Source of the DNA: Candidatus Multivoradales bacterium
GTDB taxonomy: Bacteria; Acidobacteriota; Thermoanaerobaculia; Multivoradales; JAHEKO01
Assembly: GCA_965223155.1 (NCBI GenBank)
Contig: CBDCVR010000013.1
Coordinates: forward strand, 736,001 to 800,000
DNA length: 64,000 bases
Reading direction: 5' to 3'
In this document: one piece after another, positions 19,110-27,030 of the stretch
How positions within the stretch are numbered: the stretch's first letter is position 1
Layout: the number at the start of each line of letters is the position of its first letter
The notes under the pieces: model-generated
What the model was told of the DNA's origin: nothing
Databases searched by the model: none
What the model saw: the letters and a program-made list of their open reading frames with translations, nothing else
Position numbers and translations under genes: made by a program

Positions 19110-20144
19110 ATGGACAGCAATTCCGTCTTGCCGACCCTGACCGTCGCCGGCATCGCCGCCATCACCGCCACTGCCGGACCCTCGGCGGCCGCCGAGACGC
19201 CGCCTCCGGGCGTCGAGCAGCTCCTGCCGCGAGGACGAATCGCGGCGATCTTCGCCCCTCAGTTCGTTGCCGCGAGCGAGGCCGTCATCTCCGACGACGC
19301 CTGGATCCTGGGAGTCGCGCTGGACGGCGAGGCCAGAGCCTACAGCCTCAACCTCCTGAACCGGCACGAGGTCGTCAACGACACCATCGGTGACAGGAAC
19401 TTCGCCGCCGTCTGGTGACCCCTCGCCAACACGGCCGTCGTGTACGACCGCGATGTCTCCAGTAACGAGACCGGCTCCGAGGCGGCCGCGGACGCCGCCA
19501 GAGTCCTGAACTTCGAAGCGTCCGGAGCGCTCAAGCAGGCCTCGCTCATCATGCGCGACCGCGAGACCGACAGCTGGTGGTCGATCATGACTTCGGAGGC
19601 GATCGGGGGCGAGCTCGCGGGCACCGAACTGGTCGAGCTTCCGGTGAGCGAGAAGACCACCTGGGGCGATTGGGTGGAGCGCCATCCGAACACTTTGGTG
19701 CTGTCCGTGGACGGCCGCGAGCACGTCGACGTCAACCCGTACGACAACTACTTCGCGTCGTCCGGAACCTTCCGCGATCTGCAGATCAAAGACGATCGAC
19801 TGCCCCCCAAGGAACCGATCTTCGCCGTCTGGGGCGCGGACTTCGGGCTCGGCGGCACCACCTTCGTGGTCCCGCATGCGGTGGCGAGCGGCGGCGCCGT
19901 GCTGCCGGTGCCCGGCCTGACCGATGCCGTCCTGGTCGTCCAGAGGCAGGCGAGCGCTCCGCTTTTCGCGTCGACTGCGGCCTGGCTGGTGCCTCGGGAG
20001 ACGGCCGCCGGGCGGACCGCAGGCGAGCTGGCCGAGGGCCTCGGCTCCGGCGATCTCTCCGCTCCCCCGGTGACCGGCATCGACACCTTTTGGTACAACT
20101 GGATCGCGGTCAACGAAGGCGCCGTGATCCTGGGCCGGGACTGA
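19110..20144 (+). CDS. DUF3179 family protein, probable selenoprotein (in-frame TGA at 19416-19418 read as Sec)
   Basis: ORFs 19110-19418 and 19440-20144 are in the same frame. Read-through gives EARAYSLNLLNRHEVVND...AVW-U-PLANTAVVYDR...SGAL...LIMRDRETDSWWS...TTWGDW...FWYNW, one continuous DUF3179 domain. The TGA sits where the family's CPLC motif begins. Confidence 0.85.
19431..19452 (+). promoter_or_regulatory. Candidate bacterial SECIS hairpin
   Basis: Stem GTCG (19437-40) / CGAC (19445-48) with a G-containing loop UGUA starting 23 nt after the UGA. Confidence 0.45.
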
Positions 20145-20162
20145 CCCGAACGGCAGTCGAGC

Positions 20163-21080
20163 TCAGCGCGGCGGGCGGCGCCGGCCCAGGCCGACCCGCA
20201 AACCTTGGAGACGCATATACGCCTTGAGATGGGCCAGGGCCCGGGCGCTCTCGCCCTCGTCTTCGAGCAGCACCGCCAGATTGAAATGGGCGTCGGCCAT
20301 GGCCGGATCCGACTCGAGGGCGCTCCGGTAGCAACTCGCGGCCCGGTCCCGTTCGTCTCGATCCTGGAGCGAGACCCCCAGGTTGAACGCGGCGGTGGCG
20401 TCCTCGGGCCGCCCCGCGAGAGCGGCCTCGTAGTGCTCCGCGGCCCGGCCCGGATCGCCGCCGAGGTGCAGCAGGCGGCCCAGATTCAGATGGGCGTCGG
20501 CGTGCGCCGGATCTAGATTCAAGGCCTTCCGGTAAGCGCCTTCCGCCTCCGCGATCGAGCTGGCTTCGAGTTCGAAACCGAGCTCATACCAGTCTTCGGC
20601 GCCTAGAGCCTCGGGCGGTCCGGCGCGCTCGACCAGCCGTGGGGCCAGGGGCTCCGCTCGCGCTGCTAGCTCGGCGACGTCGAACGTCAACAGACGCTGG
20701 CCCGACTCCGCCTCCCAGGCTTGCCCGCACGCACGCACGATGAAGCGCGAGCCCTCGAAGGTCACGCTCAGCTCGGCCAGTGAGCGCCCTCGCGGCAGAT
20801 CCTCCCGCAGCTCTCGGAGCACTCGGCGTAGTCGCCTGCTGGGAACCCCGTCGTCGGCCAGCGCCAGCGCCGCACGCAGGACGACGAGGTCCTGAAACCG
20901 GAAGCGATACTCGCGCCGCGGACCTCGCCCGGGCTCGAGAAAGCCGGAGCGCACGAACGAGCGCACCCGCTCGCCGTTGGTTCTCAGGAGCCGGGCGACC
21001 TCTCCGGTCGTGTATCCCAGAACAGACGCGGGGCGGGACAAGGTCTCTCGAAATGGCAGCTGGGGCTGCGGGGAGAGCAC
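20163..21080 (-). CDS. MerR-like HTH plus TPR-repeat protein, directly downstream of ku
   Basis: YTTGEVARLL...VRSGFLEPGRGPRREYRFRFQDL (MerR-type HTH), then 3-4 TPRs (AHLNLGRLL, AAFNLGV, AHFNLAV). GTG at 21080 is 1 nt after the ku stop. Confidence 0.82.
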   Translation of the reverse strand: MLSPQPQLPFRETLSRPASVLGYTTGEVARLLRTNGERVRSFVRSGFLEPGRGPRREYRFRFQDLVVLRAALALADDGVPSRRLRRVLRELREDLPRGRSLAELSVTFEGSRFIVRACGQAWEAESGQRLLTFDVAELAARAEPLAPRLVERAGPPEALGAEDWYELGFELEASSIAEAEGAYRKALNLDPAHADAHLNLGRLLHLGGDPGRAAEHYEAALAGRPEDATAAFNLGVSLQDRDERDRAASCYRSALESDPAMADAHFNLAVLLEDEGESARALAHLKAYMRLQGLRVGLGRRRPPR

Positions 21081-21081
21081 G

Positions 21082-21933
21082 CTACTTCGCCCGGGCCGCC
21101 TTCTTCTTGGTCTTGCGCGCGGCCGGCTTGCGCTTCGAGCGCTTCGGCGGCTTGCGGCCGTCCTCTTCACCCAGGCTCGCCTTGAGCGCCTCCATCAGGT
21201 CAATGATCTGCGCCTTAGGCGCCTCCTGCGGAGCCGCCACGATCTCTTCGCCGCCAATCTTCTTTTCGATCAGCTCCCAGACCTGATTGCGGGCCTCGTC
21301 CTCATACTGCTCGGGCTTGAATTCGTCGCTCGCGCTCTGCTCGACGATCTGGCGAGCCAGCTCCAGCTCGGCATCCGCCACCTCGGCATCTTCGATGGGC
21401 ACTTCGCCGAAGTCCCGCAGGTCCACCGCATAGCGAAGCTGCTGCATGATGAGGCCGTTTTGAAACGGACGCAGGAGCACGATGTAGTTCTTTCCGCGAG
21501 CGGCGTACTTGGCAAGAGCAGCCCGGCCGGTCTCGGTCAGCGCCGCCGTTAACAGCTTGTAGGGCTTGGCCCCGGCCTTGCCGGGTCCCAGGTAGTAGGC
21601 CTTCTCGAAGTAGAGCGGGTCCACCTGGTCGATCGGCACGAACTCCTGGATCTCGATGGCGTTGGTCGGTTCGGGATCCAGAGCCTTCAGCTCGTCGGGC
21701 GAGAACAAGACGAACTGCCCTTTCGAGAACTCGTAGCCCTTGGTGATGTCGTCGCGCTCGATCAGCTTGTCGTCGGTCGGACAGTAGTAGCGGTACTTGA
21801 CGCGCGAGCCACACTCCTTGTGCACCATCGAAAAGCTCACCCGTTTCTGGGTTTCGCCGCTCGAGTAGATGTGGACGGGTATCGCTACGAGACCGAACGA
21901 GATCGTGCCGGAGGCCATGGATCGTGCTGCCAT
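21082..21933 (-). CDS. ku: NHEJ DNA end-binding protein Ku
   Basis: GTISFGLVAIPV, KGYEF, EFVPIDQVDPLYFEKAYYL, IIDLMEALKASL, and a basic C-terminal tail. Confidence 0.97.
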   Translation of the reverse strand: MAARSMASGTISFGLVAIPVHIYSSGETQKRVSFSMVHKECGSRVKYRYYCPTDDKLIERDDITKGYEFSKGQFVLFSPDELKALDPEPTNAIEIQEFVPIDQVDPLYFEKAYYLGPGKAGAKPYKLLTAALTETGRAALAKYAARGKNYIVLLRPFQNGLIMQQLRYAVDLRDFGEVPIEDAEVADAELELARQIVEQSASDEFKPEQYEDEARNQVWELIEKKIGGEEIVAAPQEAPKAQIIDLMEALKASLGEEDGRKPPKRSKRKPAARKTKKKAARAK

Positions 21934-21985
21934 AATGCTGGCAGGCTACCACAAGTCCCCATGAACAAAGGACTTTGCCCGCTCG

Positions 21986-23545
21986 TCAACGCTTCTTGGA
22001 GCTCAGGGCGCGGAGCGCGTCGATGGGCCGTCGATCGGGCGCCATCAGTTTCACCGACCGCCGCAGCGAGGCTTCGGCGAGCTCCCGGTCGCCGGCGGCC
22101 GCCAGAACCTGCCCCAGGTAGTAGTGAGCGAGACCGCAACCCGGATCGATGCGAACCGCTTCCTCGAGGTCGCCGATCGCCTGACTCCGGTGCCGGGGCG
22201 GGTCGAAGCGGTCCCGCTGAAAGGCCAGTTCGGCCCGGTAGAGGGCGTTTTGAGGATCGCAGTCGGCCGCGAACGCCAGAAACTCCAGCGCCTTGCCGGG
22301 CTCGCCGGCCTCGACCAGGGCCCTGCCTTTCCGGAACTGGGCTTCCGAGTCCAAGAGGTCGGTCTCGATCTTGAACTCGGCCTGGCGCCTCTTGGCCCGC
22401 TCATCTCGCAGCACCTTGCGCCGGTGGATGAGGGCGTTGCGGGTCTCGCTCACGGCCAGCTCGGCGTACGCCCGGGCCGAGTGCAAAATCAGCAGGCGCG
22501 CCTGCTCGACGAAGTCCGCGGCGCCGCCCCGCTCCAGGGCCCAGGGCGCGTAGGTTCGGGCGGCTTCCAGATAGGCGTTCTCGATCTCGTTCGGAGTCGC
22601 CCCTTCCTCGAGTCCCAAGAACTCGAACGAATCGCGGCGCTTGAAGGACAGGAAGGCCTCGACGATCTTGCTCTGGCGCAACAAGAGATCTTCGTCCGGC
22701 GGCTCGGCCGCCGGAGCCGGCTCCGGCCCAGGTCGATCCCGCTCGGGTCGATCCCGCTCGGGTGATTCCGGCGCTGGACTCACCCTCGTCGCTGCAGCAT
22801 CGGCCCCAACGGTCTCCAGCAAGCCCACCAGGACCAAACCGTACAGCCGGCGGTAACGCTCTCCGGTGGTGCCAGAGAGAACCCGGACCAGCTCGGCGCC
22901 GCTGGCCGGCCCCGAAGTGAGAGCCCCCGACACCGTCTCCCAGCCCGAGCCCTCGGGCAGCGGCTTGCCGGCGAGAAGGGACTCGGTGCCGGGCGCGAAC
23001 CGGGCCGCGTCGAGCTCCTCGCGCACGGCGAGGATCTCGGCCCGCGGAGTCAGCTTGAGGACGCCGGTGAGGATGAGCCGAGCCACGTTCACCCGCACCA
23101 CGCCCTCGGCACCGGCCTTAGTCTCGACCAGGTCGTACTGGCCCCGATTCCAACCGAAACCGTCCAGGAGACGCCGGCCGAGGCTCTGCTGAAGACGATT
23201 GTAGACCCCCTGGGGCGTCATCAAACCGCGTTCGATCAGGATCTCGCCAAGCGGCACTTCCCGCTTCAAGGAGTCCGAAAGCGCCGCGTTGAAGTCCTCC
23301 TGGCCGATGACGCCGGCACTCAGCAAGAACCTGCCGAACGTCTCATGCGCGAGATTCGACCGGCAGCTCGTGGGGACGCCCTCGACCACGCCGATTTGCT
23401 TCGCGACGGGCGGCCGGTCCAGGCGGATCTCGAGGCTTCGCTTGGCCCGTGCCAGCGCGGCCAAGAGCAGCGCATACGACGTTTCTCCGAGATCTCCTGA
23501 GGGGCGCCGCGCCAACTCCTGCCACTGCTCCTGGGTGGGTATCAC
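21986..23545 (-). CDS. DUF4388-like / degenerate J-domain / TPR protein
   Basis: Start GTG at 23545. N-terminal SGDLGETSYALLL...SNLAHETFGRFL...PLGEILIERG...FGWNRGQY. J-like FEFLGLEEGATPNEIENAYLEAARTYAPW. C-terminal TPRs. Confidence 0.72.
   Translation of the reverse strand: MIPTQEQWQELARRPSGDLGETSYALLLAALARAKRSLEIRLDRPPVAKQIGVVEGVPTSCRSNLAHETFGRFLLSAGVIGQEDFNAALSDSLKREVPLGEILIERGLMTPQGVYNRLQQSLGRRLLDGFGWNRGQYDLVETKAGAEGVVRVNVARLILTGVLKLTPRAEILAVREELDAARFAPGTESLLAGKPLPEGSGWETVSGALTSGPASGAELVRVLSGTTGERYRRLYGLVLVGLLETVGADAAATRVSPAPESPERDRPERDRPGPEPAPAAEPPDEDLLLRQSKIVEAFLSFKRRDSFEFLGLEEGATPNEIENAYLEAARTYAPWALERGGAADFVEQARLLILHSARAYAELAVSETRNALIHRRKVLRDERAKRRQAEFKIETDLLDSEAQFRKGRALVEAGEPGKALEFLAFAADCDPQNALYRAELAFQRDRFDPPRHRSQAIGDLEEAVRIDPGCGLAHYYLGQVLAAAGDRELAEASLRRSVKLMAPDRRPIDALRALSSKKR
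22731..22760. repeat. 15-bp tandem repeat x2 (encodes a PERDR linker)
   Basis: GGTCGATCCCGCTCG occurs twice, in a proline-rich linker. Confidence 0.8.
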
Positions 23546-23661
23546 GGCATCCTCCGTCGGTTCGGCGTCCCTGCCGCGGCATTCTACCGGGCACAACGGC
23601 CGAAATCGCGCCGGCACGGCGCCCGGTCCAGCCCTTGGCCGGCCGGTAAGATCCTCCAACG

Positions 23662-26196
23662 ATGCAGGACAAGCTCGTTGAATACCGCCGCAAGCGCAGC
23701 GCCTCGGCGACGCCTGAGCCGTTCGGCAGCGAAGGGCCCATCGCGGCGGGCTCGAGCGCGTTCGTGGTGCAGAAGCACGCGGCAAGCCATCTGCACTTCG
23801 ACTTTCGACTCGAGATCGGCGGTGTCCTGGTGTCCTGGGCGGTCCCCAAGGGACCGTCCCTCGACCCCGAGGACAAGCGTTTCGCCATCGCCACCGAGGA
23901 CCACCCGCTGGAGTACGGGGACTTCGAAGGCATCATCCCCAAGGGCAACTACGGCGCCGGTGCGGTGGTGCTCTGGGACCGCGGCCAGGCGGACCATCAG
24001 ATCGAACCCGAGGAAGGGCTGCGGGACGGCAAGCTGCTCTTCGAGCTCTACGGCTACAAACTGCGAGGCCTCTTCACGCTGGTGCGCACCCGCAAGGCCA
24101 AGGAGTGGCTGCTCATCAAGAAGCCGGATGGCGCGGCACGGCCGGCCGGAGCTCAGGCACCGAGCGAGCAGTCCATCCTCTCGGGCTTGACGGTCGAAGA
24201 GCTTCGCGACGGTTCCGATCGGCGCGAGCGCATCCTGGGTGAGCTCGACCGGCTCGGAGCCCGGCGCCGGGAGGTCCGGGCCGCCAAGGTCAAGCCCATG
24301 CTCGCCCGCCTCGAGCGGGAACCCTTCTCCCGCCCGGGCTGGATCTTCGAGCTCAAGTACGACGGCTACCGGGTGCTGGCCGAACGGCGCGGGGCCGGAG
24401 GCGCCTCGGCCGGCGTCCGGCTCCTCTACCGGAGCGGCCGCGACGCCACCCCGAGCTTTCCCGACGTCGAACGGTATTTTCGTCCCCTGCCCTGGGACCT
24501 GGTCGTGGACGGCGAGGTCGCGGTCCTGGACGGCGAGGGCCGGCCCAGCTTCCAGCGGCTTCAACGGCGCGCGCTCCTGACCCGAGCGCCGGACATCCGG
24601 CGCGCCGCCGCCGCCTTGCCCGCCTGCTTCTTCGCCTTCGATCTTCTGGGCCTGGAGGGCCACGATCTGCGTCCCCTGCCTCTGATCAAGCGCAAGGCTC
24701 TGCTACGCGAGATCCTGCCGGAAGCCGGGCCGATCCGCTACGCCGACCACGTCGAAGAACGCGGTCAGGCCATGTACGAACAGGTTCTGAGCCTCGGCCT
24801 CGAAGGCATGGTCGGCAAGGACGCCGCCGCTTCCTATCGCGGCGGCCGTTCGGGCAAGTGGATCAAGGTGCGCTCGGAGCTCACGGGCGATTTCGCGGTC
24901 GTCGGCTTCACCCGCCCCAAGTCCAACCGGCCGGGTTTCGGAGCGCTGCACCTGGCGGTGTTCGACGGCGAGGGTTACCGGTATGCGGGCGGCGTCGGCA
25001 CCGGCTTCGACGATCGCTCCCTAAGGAGCTTGCGGGCCGAGCTGGACCGCATCGTCCGGCCGCGGCCCACCGCCTCCGGAGCCCTGCCAACGGGCAAGGA
25101 GAACGTGTGGGTCGAGCCCGAGCTGGCGGTCGAAGTGCGCTTCATCGAGTACACCCGCGAAGGGCACCTTCGCCATCCCGTGTTTCTCCGCCTGCGTGAC
25201 GACAAGAGGCCGTTCGAGTGCGTTCGGGACGACTCTCCGCCCGAGACCGACGTCGACCCGGAAGACATCGGCAGCGGGGTCGAGGCGCCGGAGGGCGGTC
25301 CGGAGCAGGCGGTCGAGGTCTCGCGGCCCGAGAAGGTCTTCTGGCCTGTGGACGGCTACACCAAGGGCGATCTGGACGCCTACTACCGGACGGTCTCTCC
25401 CTGGCTCCTGCCCTTCCTGGCTGACCGGCCGGTGGTGCTCGACCGATACCCGGATGGCATCGACGGCAAGTCGTTCTTCCAGAAGAACGCGCCCGACTTC
25501 GTTCCCGATTGGGTCGTCACCGGTGAGATCTGGAGCGAGGAGGACGGCGGCCGCGAAACCCGCTACTACCTGGCCAACGACGCCGAGGCTCTCCGCTACG
25601 TGATCAACCTGGGCGCGATCCCGCTCCACGTCTGGCACAGCCGTCTGGAGGCTCTGCAACGCCCCGATTGGTGCGTCCTCGACCTGGACGCCAAGGACGC
25701 TCCGTTCGCTTCAGTGGTGCGAACCGCCCGTGAGATCCACCGCCTGGGCGGCGAGATCGGTCTCGAGACCTTCGTCAAGACCAGCGGCGCCACCGGCCTG
25801 CACGTCATGATCCCGCTGGCGGGCCTGCTTACCTACGATCAGTCGAAGCAGCTCGGCGAAGTCCTGGCCAAGGTCATCTGGCAGCGCCTGCCCGACGAGA
25901 CCTCGATCGCCAGGCTGCCCTCGCAGCGCGCCGGCAAGGTGTATCTCGACTTTCTCCAGAACGGATACGGAAAGCTGATCGTGGCTCCCTACTCCGTGCG
26001 GCCGCGTCCGGGAGCGCCCGTATCGACGCCGCTGCGCTGGTCCGAGGTCACCCGGCGCCTGGATCCGGCTCGCTTCACCCTCGCCAGCGTCCCGGCCAGG
26101 CTCCGGCGCATGAAGTCCGACCCCTGGGCGGAGCTCCTCGACTCCCGACCCGACCTGACGGCCGCGCTCGACCGGCTGGCCGCCCTGTCCGATTGA
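23662..26196 (+). CDS. ligD: NHEJ DNA ligase D (phosphoesterase - ligase - polymerase)
   Basis: PE domain FVVQKHAASHLHFDFRLE...SWAVPKGP; ligase ELKYDGYR, DGEV, EGMVGK, WIKVR; polymerase RYPDG, DLD, KTSGATGLHV, VAPYSVR. Confidence 0.97.
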   Translation: MQDKLVEYRRKRSASATPEPFGSEGPIAAGSSAFVVQKHAASHLHFDFRLEIGGVLVSWAVPKGPSLDPEDKRFAIATEDHPLEYGDFEGIIPKGNYGAGAVVLWDRGQADHQIEPEEGLRDGKLLFELYGYKLRGLFTLVRTRKAKEWLLIKKPDGAARPAGAQAPSEQSILSGLTVEELRDGSDRRERILGELDRLGARRREVRAAKVKPMLARLEREPFSRPGWIFELKYDGYRVLAERRGAGGASAGVRLLYRSGRDATPSFPDVERYFRPLPWDLVVDGEVAVLDGEGRPSFQRLQRRALLTRAPDIRRAAAALPACFFAFDLLGLEGHDLRPLPLIKRKALLREILPEAGPIRYADHVEERGQAMYEQVLSLGLEGMVGKDAAASYRGGRSGKWIKVRSELTGDFAVVGFTRPKSNRPGFGALHLAVFDGEGYRYAGGVGTGFDDRSLRSLRAELDRIVRPRPTASGALPTGKENVWVEPELAVEVRFIEYTREGHLRHPVFLRLRDDKRPFECVRDDSPPETDVDPEDIGSGVEAPEGGPEQAVEVSRPEKVFWPVDGYTKGDLDAYYRTVSPWLLPFLADRPVVLDRYPDGIDGKSFFQKNAPDFVPDWVVTGEIWSEEDGGRETRYYLANDAEALRYVINLGAIPLHVWHSRLEALQRPDWCVLDLDAKDAPFASVVRTAREIHRLGGEIGLETFVKTSGATGLHVMIPLAGLLTYDQSKQLGEVLAKVIWQRLPDETSIARLPSQRAGKVYLDFLQNGYGKLIVAPYSVRPRPGAPVSTPLRWSEVTRRLDPARFTLASVPARLRRMKSDPWAELLDSRPDLTAALDRLAALSD

Positions 26197-26199
26197 CCG

Positions 26200-27021
26200 A
26201 TGGCTGGCGACCTCTTGCGCAATCCTCTGGGCAGCCTGCGCGCGGCGTTGCGCCTGGCCGCCGCCGTCACCGCCTGCGCGGTCCTCTACCCGGTCTTGCT
26301 GGCGGGCAAGGCAATCTTGGCGGGAGCCCCGGAACACCGGGCCCGGTGGCGGGCATGCGCTCTTCGCCTCTGGTGCCGAATCCTGCTCGCCATCTTCGGC
26401 GCCCGGGTGGTCGAACAGGGCTCGCCGCCCGAGCCGCCCTTCCTGATGGTCGCCAACCACTTGAGCTACATGGACATTCTGGTGCTGGCCAGCCGCCTGG
26501 ACGCGGTCTTTGTGGCCAAGGCCGAGATCGCCTCCTGGCCGGTCCTCGGACCCATCTGCCGGTCGATGGACACTCTGTTTCTGAACCGGGCCCGGACCCG
26601 CGAGATCCCCGAGATCCTGGAGCGGATCGAAGCCTTGCAGCGCAACCGGCAGGGTGTGATCTTCTTTCCGGAAGGCTCGACCAGCGATGGCAGTTCGGTC
26701 GTCCCCTTCCGGCCGTCGCTTCTGGCCGTAGCCGCCCGCAGCGGGCGGCCCGTCTCCTGGGCTTGCCTCAGCTACCGCACGCCGGCCGGCTGCGAGCCAG
26801 CCGGGCGACGGGTCCATTGGTTCGGCGGCGCCGGCTTCATCGGCCACCTCGTCCGGCTCGCCGCTCTGCCCGGCTTCGAGGCACGACTGACCCTGGGCGA
26901 GCGGCGATTTCGGAACAGCGACCGCAAGGCGCTCGCGGACGAGCTCTGGAAAGCCGTGCTGGCCGCGTACCCCCCCACCAAGACGGGCGAGCCAGACACT
27001 CCCGGCGATCGCGCCTGCTAG
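26200..27021 (+). CDS. Lysophospholipid / 1-acyl-sn-glycerol-3-phosphate acyltransferase family
   Basis: NHLSYMD (HxxxxD), FVAKAE, FFPEG. Confidence 0.9.
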   Translation: MAGDLLRNPLGSLRAALRLAAAVTACAVLYPVLLAGKAILAGAPEHRARWRACALRLWCRILLAIFGARVVEQGSPPEPPFLMVANHLSYMDILVLASRLDAVFVAKAEIASWPVLGPICRSMDTLFLNRARTREIPEILERIEALQRNRQGVIFFPEGSTSDGSSVVPFRPSLLAVAARSGRPVSWACLSYRTPAGCEPAGRRVHWFGGAGFIGHLVRLAALPGFEARLTLGERRFRNSDRKALADELWKAVLAAYPPTKTGEPDTPGDRAC

Positions 27022-27030
27022 CCTCCGGTC

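Noticed and set aside
19110-20144. DUF3179 as two separate genes or a nonsense pseudogene
   Set aside because: The stop is TGA exactly at a conserved Cys position, both halves are intact and in frame, and a hairpin follows. Sec recoding is the simpler explanation, though unproven.
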